Shown here: in pieces, positions 32,701 through 45,061 of the stretch | Position numbering within the stretch: the stretch's first letter is position 1 | Layout: every line of letters starts with the position of its first letter | Assembly (NCBI RefSeq): GCF_001447785.1 | Contig: NW_015169174.1 | Coordinates: 647,729 to 711,728 of the forward strand | Reading direction: 5' to 3' | DNA: 64,000 nt | Source: Gekko japonicus | Lineage: Eukaryota | Program-made: the position numbers and the translations under genes | Notes under the pieces: model-generated | What the model was told of the DNA's origin: nothing | Database searches by the model: none | The model's input: only the letters and a program-made list of their open reading frames with translations

Positions 32701-35700
32701 GACATTACTGCTTTGCAAGGTGAAATGGGGAAGACGCTGAGAGTGGTCTTGTGAGAAGAATGGCAGAGGCACTGAAGGATGTATTCTGGGTGCTGTCATT
32801 TTTCTAATCTTGCACTCTGTCATCCTTTGTTCCCAGCCCCGGCTGAAGTGCCTCCTCCATGTTGTCAAACAGCTCACAGCAGAGCATGAGGACTTTGTCA
32901 CTGCCCTGGTGCCAGAGGTGAGGTGGAGCAAGAACAGGAAGAGAGGGAAGCGGATGATATGCTGGCTCTCCAAAGACAGGGAGAAATGTCACTCTTGGCC
33001 TAGAATGTTGGAGTGTGCATGGAGTGGAATCTTCATCTTGAAATGACCCCAGTTTATCTATGTACTATCAGCCATGTGTGGCCACAGTCTGCGGATAGCT
33101 GAATCGGTGGATTGGAGCCACACACAGGCTAAGGAGAGTCTTTCTGCACACTTGAGGGACTCCCCAGGTGTTCAGAAAAATCTGAAATGTTTTAAACGAT
33201 ACACAGAGGTTAAAATCCCCTGAAAAGTAATGTTCTTTGTGCTGAGAATGCGCTTTCCTTAACTGTGAACCAGGGCAGGCTATTCGGGAACTGCTCCTGG
33301 CCCTGCTGCTGCAGCTGGTGCTGGAAGCCATCCGGGGCCGCATTGCAGTGCCTGGGAGAGTTTTGGGACCCTACCGTAGGAGCAGCAGGTGCCAGGCGCT
33401 GCTCTAGGCTGAGCAGCAGCAGGCACTGAGAGCTGCTCTGGGCTCAGATTGGCTCCCAGACTCTGCCACTGCTGGGCTCCAAGGTGGGTGGTTGGGCTGG
33501 ACTCGCAAAAGGGGGGGAAGAGATCCCCCTGCATGTTTCCTGGGCCCCCACTTGTATATTCTGGAAACCCACACCTCACCGGAACAGAAATGGCATTTTC
33601 TCCTCTTCCACCTTCTTTTACAAAGATAGGCCTATGGCAAATGCAACTGGGGACATACCACTCTCTTCCCCAGTTTATTCTGCATCTTTCACCTTACTGA
33701 CAACAGATTATTTCTCATGCCAAATCAATTTGTAGTAATCTAAATTTTCCTCCAACTGAGATCCTAGCAGTTTCTCATCTTCTGCTTTGTGGGAAGAGGA
33801 TGGGCATCATGTCTTGGTGTTTCAGGCTGTCTGTGGTGGGAAAACTCCTAGGCCCAGCACAGAATAGTACAAGGATGCTGATGCGTATCTTTGCTGTCTC
33901 CAGGTGATAATCTGCACCAAGGAGGTGTCCGTGGGTGCCCGCAAGAATGCTTACAATCTGCTAGTAGAGATTGGTCATGCCTTCCTGAGGTTTGGCCCTA
34001 CTGCAAGCGGTGAGTCCTCCTGGTTTCCCACACTGGGATGCTGCATGAATATGCTGGGATGCGGGGGAGGGGTGCTACTTTCCCCATGTTCACTGAAGTC
34101 TTTGCTAGCTCCTGTCGGTTTTACTACCTCTGGTGCTGCAGTCACAGTTACCACCACCACCCCCTTCAACTGAGCTTTATAGCCTTGGATGTATCTTGTT
34201 TTGGGTTGTGTTTGGCTCAAGTTTTCCATTAGATTGCTGGGTTGTGAGACTTGAACAAATAAAGCAAACTTGCACACATTCTGTTGTACATAATTCTGTT
34301 ACCATGGGAAGAAGGAGTAAGCTATGCTGAATACTCAACCAGCCATCTGATCTCTAATAATCCTACTTGGCTTCCTCTTTACTTACTGAGATTTCATTAT
34401 CAGCCATTGTCTCACGTTGATTCAAGATTATTATTATAGCAACTACAAATGGTGAGATTTTTTTTTTTTTTAAATCTCAGGCTGTTAATTTTGCATCTGA
34501 TGCTGTATTCCATGCTGTAGCAGCACAGTCACTAAAAGGCAGAATACACTTAGCTCTGCCTGTGACTAGTGTTTTGTGCACCTTGTTTGCTGTTCTTATG
34601 TTGCAGAGAGCAGAACTTGCCCAACAACCTCTTGTTTTCAGAGGAAGGGTTTGCCGCTCTTCCCAGACTGCCTTGTTGCTGCTGTGGCTGTTTCCTGTCC
34701 CCTTCCCCCATGTTGTCTACCAGAGATGGATCTCTGTGCCCTCCCTTTTGTCCTCTGATGCACCAGAAGAATTCAAAGTTGCTTGAGGATGTGATTCTTC
34801 TCTCTGTTTCCAGGGTACCTGGATTTAGGCAATGACTTGCTGTGCCTTAAATTCTCTTTCTTTTTCATGGAGATTTCTCTACAGTTTTAGTCTACCTTCT
34901 CCAAGAATTGCTTAGGCCCTGGTGTTAGCATGCTATATGGGGGTTGGGTGTGCCTTACTCTTTCTTAAGCTAACTGGGACAAGACAAGATTGGGATCCTC
35001 TAATACCCAGTTTTTCAATTCCCATTAGATGCTGTGCAGCGCTACCTTCTCCTGGTCTATGCAGGCTTGACTGGCTCGGTTACCATGATGAGTTGCACTG
35101 TTCTTGCTCTTGCCCGGCTGCTCTTTGAGTTCAAAGGTGAGCAAACCTGGGTGCCAAAAGCTGACTGGATGATGCTAATAGCCTCATAAACTGGGAATTG
35201 GCCTTCCCACAGGGATTGGTTAGGAGCCTTTGAGCTGAGTTTGTGCAAAGATGTGTGTTTCTGTGAGGAGATGTCTCTAGCTGTATGCAGCCTTCATTCC
35301 AGGACTGTGAGGGCTGGTTTGTAAATGCATGGGGGGGGGGGGGGGAATCCTGCAGGACGGAAAACACTCTGACATGAGTCCAGAGCTGCGGACGGGAGGG
35401 GATCTGAAGCATTGGAGCATGCCTCTCCTAAGCCAGTCTGTTGCCCTGCAGAACATATCAGCCCAGCGGCCTTAGAGCAGCTCGTGCAGCATATCTGCCT
35501 CTTGGTAGGCTCACGGACACGAGATGTCGTCAAATCAGCCCTGGGCTTCCTCAAGGTGGCACTGTTGCTCCTGGACGTCACGTTGTTGGGACGGCACCTG
35601 CAGACCATGGTGAGGTGGGAGTGGCATGTTTGGGCCAGGCTGTGGGAAGGGGGGGGGGTTTCTGGAAATGAGTACTTTCAGCTTGCCTGTCTTTTAATTT

Positions 35701-38700
35701 TCTTTAAAAGGATGGAGTTGGGAAAGTACTTTAATCGATTAATCCTAGCCGTGCCTCACAGAAGGTTGTCTAGAACTTGGCACAGACGCATGTGTGTGTT
35801 GGAACTGCTGCCCTGTCCTTACGCCAGTCCCCACAAGACTGCTCTTAGAAAGTAGTGGGAGCCATCCCTGGAGGAAGGGAATGAGTGGGAGGGAGGGATC
35901 TAACACTGATGAATCTTGTTTCCTAAGTGGTGTGATTGGCGGACTTGGAGGGGGGGGCACATAACTTTATGACCATCTGCCCAGAGTTCTGATGCCAGTT
36001 TTCTGCTTACAGCTGGAAGCCGTCGGAGGCATGAGTGATGACATGAGGCGGCACTTCCGCATGAAGCTGCGAAACCTTCTCTCCAAGCTGATCCGCAAAT
36101 TTGGGTTAGTGCCAGGATTGGTGGGAGGACGACAAGTAGGATGCAAAATGTCGAATGGCGATTGAGAATTGATCAGAATCGTTTTATTGAAGGTTGTGAG
36201 CTGCCCTGTGATCCCGGGGGAAAGGCAGAGTTGAAGTCTGAAAATCAAAATCTTCAGACACACACTACGTTGCCCCTGTTTGCTCTGGCACACTTTCTGC
36301 CCAGAATAGCTTTGCCTTGGACTGTGCCACCCTGCATTAAGGCACACACTTAGTCACACTTTTGAGACTGACAAATAGGTTTGAAAGGCTGCAGACGGCA
36401 GAGACACACTTGCACTTACCGTTGGGAGCATTTTGGCTAGCCAGGTGGCCAGACGTTGCTAGGGGCTGCCTCTCTTCACCACCCACCATTTGACACTGCA
36501 TGGAGGAGGGGATAGCCTTGCTCTAGGCTGAGATGCACTCAAGAGCAGCAGTAGAGATTCTGCCCTCTTTGCAGTGTTTCCCACCACAGTGTGAGATGTG
36601 CGAATGAGGTCATTGTAGAGGAGTGGGAGGAGGGACACTGTCAGCCTCTCACCTTGTGCTGAGCTGGGAGACGCTCCAAAAGCACAGTGTGAGGTGAGAT
36701 ACTGATCCCTTTTTTTAGAGGACAGGCAGGCTCATTCGCATCCTGCTGAGCCGGGAGGCGCTCAGGTTCTTATCTCTTCTGAGCTTACAAGGTGGCTGGC
36801 TGGCTGGCTGACTCCCATCTGCTCCCAGAGCTTCCGCATGCAGAGGATTCAGGGGAGCAACTGAGTCTGTTTCTTCTGCACAGGCCAATAGAAAGCAAGA
36901 TACCCTTCCTGTCATTGAACTGAAGAGGCATATCCATCCCCTCTCTTTAAAACAGTCTTGTGTATTTTGGCTTGTGCCTGAGAATTGTATTTTGCTGCCA
37001 CCAACTCTTTTATGCTATGCTAATAGCTTTGCCCCAGGTAGGAACAGCCACCACAGGGGTTCTTGAGGCCGTGTCCCTGGATAATGTAGCTCATCCTCTC
37101 CCACCCAAGTCTGTCTGGGCACAGGGTTTTCTCAACCTTCCTCCATGCAGAGCCAGTTTGGTGTAGTAGTTAAATGTGTGGACTCTAATCTGGGAAAACC
37201 GGGTTTGATTCCCCACTCCACCACTTGCACCTGGCTGGATGACCTTGGGCAAGCCGTAGTTCTGATAAGAGCTGGCCTTGAAAAAGAGCAGTTTCTGTCA
37301 AGAGCTCTCTCAGCCCCACCTACCTCACAGGGTGTCTGTTGTGGGGAGGGGAAGGAAAAGGAGTTCTTAAGCTGCTCTGAGACACCTTTTGGTAGTGATG
37401 GGCAGGGTATAAATCCAGTCTCCTCCTCCTCCTCTTCTTCTTCTTGGTTTTTTCCCATAAGTAGCATTATAGAATAAATAAGCTTGGGGGGGGGGCTTAC
37501 AGGATCACACCAGACCAGAGCACTTGAATCTAGTAAGGTACCTTCACTGACAGTGGTCAGAGATGGCAAAGCACCAGAGCACAAGGCAGCACATGGAAAA
37601 ACACAAAAGTTTTTAAACTACAGATCTAACTTTAATGTGGTGTTATGCTAAACTTGTACTAATACTTAAATTACTAAGCCTGAAGACAATTATTTATTTC
37701 TGATTAACTTGATGAATTGCAGTTTCCAAAGGAAATGAGCACAAGCTGGCTTCTTTCCAAGGCATGCTTGCTTTTTTCAAAGAAATCCTGAGGAAGTGCT
37801 TCAAGGGGCACATGCTTTATTGAGCTTTTAGGTTGCTAAGTTAATTTAAGATGCTATTTTAAGTTCAATCCATGCTAAGTTTTCTTATTGACAGCAGATC
37901 CTTTGGACAAAGTGACACAGATTTTTGCTACATCCCAGGGTACGGGTGGGCAATTTAGGTAAGGAATAGGTAAATGTTTGGGCAAAAGGGGGATTATTAT
38001 TTTGAGATAATAGGATTGAACTGGAACATTTATAAAGCCAGAAGCTGTGTATGTGGTTTCAGAAAAAAGGGATGAATCCTTCCTGATCCATTACACTCTC
38101 GACCTCCTCATCCCTTCTGGAGGAAGATAGTCTTTGTGGTTGTCTGCAAATATGGATTACCTGGAAGAGATTTCTCCTTTCATTAGTCATGACCTGTTTT
38201 TAGCAGTTACTGCTAAACTTTTTGCAGGTTTTTTCTACCGTCACTTTCACCTGACTCTCTGTCCAGTGTTGGATGTTAGTAAGAGGAGGCATAATTTGTC
38301 ACAGGCCAAAAGCTTTCCATGTCCCATGACCTTAGCTGAACTTGTCCAGCAAGGAACCTGTTTGGGTGTGCCTGGTGTGGCTGGCTTCTGTGGTACTGAT
38401 CTCTCATCTTCATCCCCTAGCTTTGACCCTGTGCAGGCTTTGCTCCCCGAGTCATATCGCAAGGTGCTGCTGAATATCCGCAAGGCTGAGGCAAGGAATC
38501 GCAAACGGCAGGCACTGAAACGGGCAGCTGATTTTGTGGAAGAGGACAGACCAGTGAGGTCCAAGGGAGACAGGTATGGAAGTGGTATAGGTTGAAGCTG
38601 AGAAGTGTTGCCTTTTCAAGGTCAGGACAGGAGGGATTTCTGGCCTCAGAAGTACTTTGGGAGCAGAAGTGTGCCGTGTGTCCCTGACCCTTGACTGACT

Positions 38701-41700
38701 GAGTGCTCCATGCGTTGCCTCCCACCTGCAGCATGGAGGAGGTACTGGGAGACTCAGACTCTGACTTGGAAGACGACAGCAAACAGCATGATGGTAAAGA
38801 GACCAGGAAGGCGTTGCGGCAGAGAACCCAGGCCTGGCTAAAAGAGGGAGAAGGCGATGAGCCCCTCAACTTCCTGGACCCTCATGTGGCACACAGGGTT
38901 CTGGGTAAGGACCAAGTGGTGAACTCGGACTGCTGGAGGCCTTTATCCATCCCGCTGCTGGGTAGCAAGATGAAGACAAGACATGCATAGCTGTGTGGGG
39001 AGGGGCAGGCTGGATGCTCTGCTCCCACATAAAGCCTTTGTACTCTCTCTTCCCCCCCCCACCCTCCCATGCAGCTACCAAGCCAGGCACTGGTAAGGCT
39101 GGGAAAGTCAGCCATGACTTCAAGGTGTCAGCTGATGGGCGCCTTATCATATGTGAAGATGAAGTGGAAGAGGAAGAAGAGACTAAAGGTACTGAGGAAT
39201 GTATTCAGTTGGGGAATTTGGGTTTTCTGGTAATGGACTATTGAATTCTGAGCAATGTTCCCTCTAAGCTGTAGAATCTTGTGAGCAAAAATTCTACTTT
39301 GTGAGCTACTGGCGTTAAAGTTGTGAGCAACTGACCTGGCTACTGCATAAATTAGTTTGCTCCGGAGCCATCCTTCCTGAGCTAAGACAAAAATGTGTGA
39401 GCCAGAGGCTAAGAAATTGTGAGCTAGCTCACACTAACTCAGCTTAGAGGGAACAGTGATTCTGAGTGACATAATTCTACAAATACTGCAGTGCTTGTTT
39501 AATGATTTTTTAGTGTTTCAAAGCCTTTATGCATGAACAGCAACTCTGCAAGGTGGATCAGTATTATCATCCCCATATTTGCAAGCAGTGGTGGGCAAAA
39601 AGCTGAGAGAGAGAGAGAGAGACAGTCACTTGCTTAAGGTCACATGCTAAGTAGGGTAATGGTTAAGAGTATCAGACTAGGATCTAGGAGATCCAGGTTC
39701 GAATCCTCACTCATGCCATGAAAGCTCATAACCTTGGGCCAGTTATACTCTCTCAGCCTAACCTGCTTTACAGGGTTGTTGTGAGGATAAAATGGAGGAA
39801 AAGAGAGGAGAATGATGTAAGCCACTTCGGCCCCCTTGGGGAGAAAGGTAGGGTATAAATGAATTAAATAAATAAATAAGTATGTGGTGAAGTTTGAACT
39901 GAGGACTTCTGGCTCACCCAGCCACCATACCACAACAGCTTCCATTTCTAGCTACTTTCCCCAGTGCTCTCATATATTCTCTTCATAACTCCATGTCGTA
40001 TTCTGTGGACAACACAAGCTCCTTTATTGGAGAAAGCTACTTTGTCGAAGTATATTCAAATTTACACAGCTGGAATAATTTATGTTTAATATACAAACTT
40101 GGATATTGTGGTTTTTAGAGTGTAGGAGTGTTACAGAACTCAGGATTATAGAACTCAGGGTATATAGACTCACCTTACTGGTGACTCTGATGGGCAAGGT
40201 TTAGTTAAAGTGCTACATTCTTGACTGATGTCATTGCTGGGTCTGATATCTCTCTGTCGTCTTTGCTACAGGAGTGGATGAGGAAATGGCAGATCTAATG
40301 CAGGAAGTTGGGATCCGAAGTGTAAGTGATGAGCCATGTGGATAGGGGTGAGAGGGAGTCCAGGAAGAAAACCATCTTTACAATGGAAATCACACATACC
40401 CAGCACCGCTGAGATGGTTTTGCTCTCTAAATGCTGGAGAAAATTGAGCTTGACTGTCAAATGTTTGGCCTTTGCCAGTCAATATGTTCCAAAGGGATTG
40501 GAAGACTCTGAGCCCAGGTGGGAAGCGCAGGTTATTCAATCTAGCTGATGCATGGAATTTCCCTTACAGAAGAAGGCTCAGAAGCGCCGATTCCGAGAAG
40601 AGGCAGATGACAAGGAGCAGGATAGTGATGTACAACCACATTACAAAGGTAAGTGTATTTTTATTGGCTGGTGCTGTAGGCTGATGTGCTTACTGCCATA
40701 AATTCATTCCCCTGGAGCAGCAACTGGAAAGGGGATGATGTGGTTGCTTAATGCTGAGGCTTAGCTGAGGACCAGTTCGTGTGTTACATCTACCATGCAG
40801 TGGTGTGATGGCTGACTCCCAGCTCCATCTGAACACACAGACTTCACTGCCATCTTATGCTTCCACATGTTGCAGAAGCACAACAATATAGTAGTAAACA
40901 ATCACATGGAGGCCATTTCACACGGTCTCCGAATCACTGAGTGTTGACTGCTAGGCTGCCTACAACTCAGTGGAGGGCTGGGCCAAAACTTTCTTTTGCA
41001 GCACAACTGAGATGAGTGAACACATTTCTTCCACTTCTCATTCCCCACACTGCTCCTGTCCTGTTTTGTTCATTGTTTGCAGCTGGAGGGTCTGGAATCC
41101 ATCGTCCTATTGGCAAGAATGCAGCGCCCGGTGTAGAATACAAGGCAAAGGTAAGATCGTAATACGCTAGGGCTTAGGATCATTGTCTGAGCCAGGGTGT
41201 GATAATGCGTATGAAACCATTCACATAGCTATCATAGAAAGATCCTTTTTTTCTGGACTTGTAGAGCCAAATTAGCAATCTGGCTTTCATGCTGGTTATG
41301 GGAGTGAAATTGCCTTGGTAATCTTGGTGGATATCCTTCGCTTGGAACGGAACGTAGGGAGTACATCCTTGGTGGTAGTTTTGGCCTCTCTGTGGCTTTC
41401 TTGGATGGGATTCTTCTCAATGGTCTGGCTAGGTTAGAACTAGAGAGCAAGGTATTAATGATCTTGGTGGTTCTTGGAAGAGAGTTTTTAGAAGGTGGTG
41501 CTAGAAGACTGCTGCTGTACCACTTGGCCCATGTTCTGTGCAGTTCCATAGGGTTTCAGCTTGTCTCCCATGCTGTTCATGAAACTCCTGGTGGAGGTCA
41601 TTGGGGGATCTGTTGGGGGGGCATCCAGTTACAGCTGACATATGGCGAGTCCGTGGGGTTTTCAAGGCAAGAGACTAACAGAGGTGGTTTGCCATTGCCT

Positions 41701-43442
41701 GCCTCTGCATCACAACCCTGGACTTCCTTGGTGATCTCCCATCCAGATACTAGCCAGGGCCAATCCTGCTTAGCTTCCAAGAGCTGATGAGATCAGGCTG
41801 GCCTGGGCTATCCAGGTTGTGTGGCCAATATGCAGAAGACTGCCCAGGCCGGATGAGGGTACATAAACTTAACCCAGACAAGGTGGGAATAAGGTTGATT
41901 AGGTATTTCTCTGGTTCTGGAGTAGGAATGCAATGTGTTGGATGGGTTAGAAATTCACCCTTCATAATGTAGGTTGGATATGCTTTTGGATCTGGATGTG
42001 CTTCTGGATACCCCGGTAAAGGCAAGCGGCTAGGAGTGCATTTTACTAACTCCTGAGAACAATCCTAAGCAGGTCTGCTCAGAAGTATGCCCCATTTTAT
42101 TCAATGGGGCTTACTCCCAGGGAAGTATTCTTAGGATTGCAGTGTATGATTCCCTTATTCAGTCTTTCCAGCTAAACCCGTTCCTGGATCAAAGCCACAA
42201 CATTTCATAGTGTAACAATATCTAGATGAGACTGCTGTGCCATGCTATGTTGTGGGCTGCTTCTGAAAAGCATTGAGAAGCTGCTGCTGCTCACTGGCTT
42301 TTCCAGTTGGTTTCCGTGGCCAATTCATAGGGCTGTTCCTAAAGCCCTGGGCATTTGGCATTTAATAGTTAGGCTTTGTTTCAGCCTTGTTCCAGATTTC
42401 ATATGGTTTTAATATCTGCATCCTAATCCTGTTACATTGCTTACTGAGTGTCCCATCCTATCGATTGCACTGACTTATCCTGTGTAATTCGCCTTGAGTC
42501 TCAGTGAGAAGAACAGACTATAAATAATGCTTTAAAAATAGGGATTTGTGGCATCTTCAAGGAGTGTTACTTGGCAGAGGGTTTGTGGAATCCCCCCCCA
42601 CACACACACACACATACCCCTTCTTCTTGGGACTTTTCTAAGTAATGGTTCAAGAGCTATCTTATTAGATATACTCCAGCACAGTATTCCAGAGCTCCCA
42701 CCCTGAACATGGGGCAGCATGTCCACTCCCTTTGAAATAGTTTTTAAACTATGGATCAACAGAGTTCTAACTGAGCCTCATATTTGCAGCAGCTCTGATA
42801 TAGTGTACTTGTTCTGAATCCCTAGAGATTGTGTCTTTGGATGTAGGGTGACCATTTTGGGCTGAGCCATGCGCTGTAGTATGTCCTGTAATATGCCCGC
42901 CAGCCAGCCACTAAGTAATTATCTCTTTCTGTTCCCACAGAAAGGCAAGGGGGATATCAAGAAGAAGGGCCGTCTGGATCCTTATGCCTACATCCCACTG
43001 AACAGAGCCAAGCTGAACAGGAGGTACAACATTGGGGGGGGGGGAGTAGAAATGCTTACTGGTGCACATGCCTCTGCAGGGTGAAGGTGTTCCTCTTTCC
43101 ATAAAACTTTGTCATGGATATGAGAGGGAGAAGAGTGTGTGTGTGATCCTCTGTGTTGGCGCTTTCTGTTCTACAGGAGAGGCTGAAAACTTGGATCTTC
43201 CTCAAGTGCCAGTCCAGGGTGGGACTGTTTGCAGCAGGGTTGCAACATCCACACATGTTGCTATGGAGACCTATACATTTGTCTGCTATGCTGTCAGCAG
43301 TGCTCGTTCTCTAATCCTTCATGGTTTGTTTCCCTGCAGGAAAAAGGCAAAACTTCAAGGACAATATAAGGGCCTCATGAAGGGGGCCCAACGTGGGGCC
43401 CAGGCTGGCAAGAGGCAGCGCAAGAAGCAGCCCCACTTCTAA
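17452..43442 (+). CDS. RRP12: RRP12-like protein (ribosomal RNA processing 12), 34 coding exons, 1294 aa
   Basis: Exons: 17452-17590, 18884-19122, 19394-19477, 19920-19996, 20953-21058, 21434-21550, 21962-22100, 24403-24530, 24819-24917, 25006-25097, 25186-25297, 25523-25623, 25732-25846, 26585-26727, 28686-28807, 30054-30118, 30235-30397, 30918-31072, 31210-31277, 31641-31734, 32532-32690, 32837-32917, 33904-34009, 35029-35136, 35452-35609, 36013-36104, 38421-38573, 38732-38904, 39075-39188, 40272-40321, 40570-40648, 41083-41150, 42941-43023, 43340-43442. All GT-AG with consistent phases, sum 3885 nt. Recognisable peptides: [66 protein letters not shown]. Confidence 0.96.
20370..20640 (-). 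mobile_element. 5'-truncated copy of chimeric CpG-rich SINE (RRP12 intron 4)
   Basis: Shares tail hairpin and GGCCACA..CCTACC(A)GGCACCCT motifs with 44379-45061 and 48212-48993. Confidence 0.7.
23270..23880 (+). mobile_element. L2 LINE fragment
   Basis: Degenerate L2 ORF2 C-terminal region (GACTATTATAATGTGCTGTATGTTGG, CATTGGCTGTCAGTT). Boundaries approximate. Confidence 0.65.
23920..24235 (-). mobile_element. CR1 LINE 3' end
   Basis: CATAAGAACATAAGA microsatellite tail and CR1 3' region GTTGGATCAGGCCAAAGGCCCATCCAGTCCAACAC. Confidence 0.75.
27305..27990 (-). mobile_element. L2 LINE 3' fragment
   Basis: Minus-strand peptide [14 protein letters not shown]...[10 protein letters not shown] typical of the L2 C-terminus, with an ATTT-rich tail. 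Confidence 0.8.
29275..29765 (+). mobile_element. MIR-like SINE with nested Squam3-like SINE (about 29447-29725)
   Basis: The MIR-like head and core are interrupted at GTAAGCC by a full Squam3-like copy, and the MIR tail resumes afterwards. Confidence 0.75.
37149..37445 (+). mobile_element. Squam3-like tRNA SINE
   Basis: Near-identical to the 29447-29725 copy, with a (CCT/CTT)n tail. Confidence 0.85.
39253..39458. mobile_element. hAT MITE (CAGTGTTCCCTCTAAG family)
   Basis: TIRs CAATGTTCCCTCTAAGCTG / CAGCTTAGAGGGAACAGTG and 8-bp TSD ATTCTGAG. Confidence 0.9.
39655..39880 (+). mobile_element. MIR/Ther1-like SINE
   Basis: tRNA-like head with B box GGTTCGAATCC, CORE block, (TAAA)n tail. Confidence 0.75.
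41200..42530 (+). mobile_element. Degenerate L2 LINE with nested 5S-derived SINE (about 41620-41817, minus strand)
   Basis: L2 RT remnants (AAACTTAACCCAGACAAG and others). The nested block CTCCCATCCAGATACTAGCCAGGGCCAATCCTGCTTAGCTTCC is the reverse complement of the 5S core. Confidence 0.65.
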
Positions 43443-43842
43443 AGGAGAAAAGACTCATGAAAACTCTATCAAGGCAACTGGTCATTGCCACTATACAACC
43501 TGAGCTGCTGTCTGCAAGTAGAATCTGATCTCACATCTTGCACATGGGCCATGTACGTGTGCAGACTTTTTCCTCTGTAGGCCAAAGGAAGATCCGTTGA
43601 ATATATACGTATCATCACAGTCTTTCTCTGCTACTTAAGGATCTGTGCAGTTGGGCTGTTTCCTCCAAAGGGCAGTTCTGCAGTTCAGCCTACCCAAACT
43701 GCTTATTTACTGGTGTGTGTGCGAGAGAGAGAGAAGATGACATGATTGCCTACTCTAATTTTTGTATATCAAAAATGAGAGCTCACGGGAGGAGATTGTA
43801 TAAATATGAAGACACTCTGTGAATGAATTACAAACAAAAGCA

Positions 43843-44087
43843 GAAAACTTATATTGTATGATACAATTCAAACAATTTTTTGTTAAATCTTTCTTAAAGA
43901 ACCCTTATATATATTTTTAAAGAGCTAGGATCAAAAAGTACTTAATACAAAGGGAGAATACAAGCTCTAATTGTATTCTCCCTTTGTATTAAGTACTTTT
44001 TGATCCTAGCTCTTTAAAATACATATACAAGGGTTCTTTAACAAAGATTCCAAATTGTTTGAATTGTATCATACAATATAAGTTTTC
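43843..44087. repeat. Long near-perfect inverted repeat (fold-back) in predicted RRP12 3'UTR
   Basis: Arms 43843-43963 and 43971-44087 with a 7-nt loop GCTCTAA. The inner 49 bp and outer 36 bp are perfectly complementary. Confidence 0.95.
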
Positions 44088-44104
44088 AGTTCTAATTTTT
44101 GAGC

Positions 44105-44150
44105 AATAAATGCTGTTAAACCCAGATGCAGCAGAAGCTGGTCTAATAAA
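44105..44150 (+). terminator. Likely RRP12 poly(A) signals
   Basis: First canonical AATAAA after the stop at 44105-44110, a second at 44145-44150, then a U/GU-rich tract. Confidence 0.6.
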
Positions 44151-44378
44151 AACTTCTCCCTTCATCTGTTTTTCTCCATTTGGTTTGACGAGTACCAGAA
44201 ACATTCTGGCAGCTATTTGTGAGAACTCACCAACGTCTTTCCTGAGTCTCAGGGCATATTCTGTAATAGAGGGTAAGAATGGAAGTGAATAGCAAAATTG
44301 GTGGGGGCTGTTCCCTAGGATCAGGGACAGCCAACCTGTGAGAAGCAAGAAATCTTGGTTTCCAAGCCAAACAGTACC

Positions 44379-45061
44379 TTTTATTTATTTTTTTTATTTA
44401 CATGAGACTTATATACCGCTCGTAACCCCTAGCGGGTCTCAGAGCGGTTTACAGGGGCGTTCTTTACGAACTTGTTAGCCCTATCTAAGGCCACATACGG
44501 GGGGTGGGGGTTCCCTACCGGCACCCTGCGATAGGTCCGCTGCGTTCTTCTGGCTTCTTGGCAGCTCTCCTTCCTCGGCGGTTTTTTCCACTGGTCGGCT
44601 GCTTCTTCTTCTCCTTGGTGGGACTGTCTTCCCGGCGCCTGTCTCCGCGTCTGTTTCAGCCTCGGCTCTGTCCTGGCTGGCTCCGCCGCGCTCACAGTAC
44701 ACGTCATCAGACGCCGGCGGCAGTCTCCGCCGCAGTCTTCCACCGCCAGGGATCGCTCGACCGATGTTCTTCTTGCCGTTGCCATCCCGGCTCCGCCGCC
44801 GCCATTGATGTTTTCTCGCCGCAGCTGCGGCCACCACAAACCTCTTTCGTTACAAAGGCAGGTGCCCCCCACCCTTCTAAGGGTGGGTACCCATTTTGCC
44901 TACTCGCATGATGTTTTTAATCGCTTTCGGGCCGCTGGGTGGGCGGGAGCTGGGACTCGGGACCAGGTGCTCACCCTGGCCGCGGTGGATTCTCGAACAG
45001 CCATAACGACTGTTCAGATGTTATCGTTAGCAGGCGTTTAGCCGCCTGCGCCACCGCTCCC
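44379..45061 (-). mobile_element. Chimeric SINE: Sauria-SINE-like head, CpG-rich body, L2-like tail
   Basis: Minus strand begins GGAGCGGTGGCGCAGGCGG (Pol III A box), then GTTCGAGAATCC (B-box-like), Sauria-like core CCCAGCTCCCGCCCACCCAGCGG...GCGAGTAGGCAAAATGGGTACC, and ends TGTAAACCGCTCTGAG...GAGCGGTATATAAG + (TAAA)n. Confidence 0.8.

Noticed and set aside
17591-43339. Intronic snoRNAs in RRP12
   Set aside because: No convincing C/D or H/ACA box with terminal stem seen by eye; an Infernal/Rfam scan would be needed.
44645-44715. CTGATGA...GAAA on the minus strand suggesting a hammerhead ribozyme in the SINE body
   Set aside because: Stem II cannot close, the CTG is itself paired in a GCGTCTG/CAGACGC helix, and the motif is absent from the second copy.
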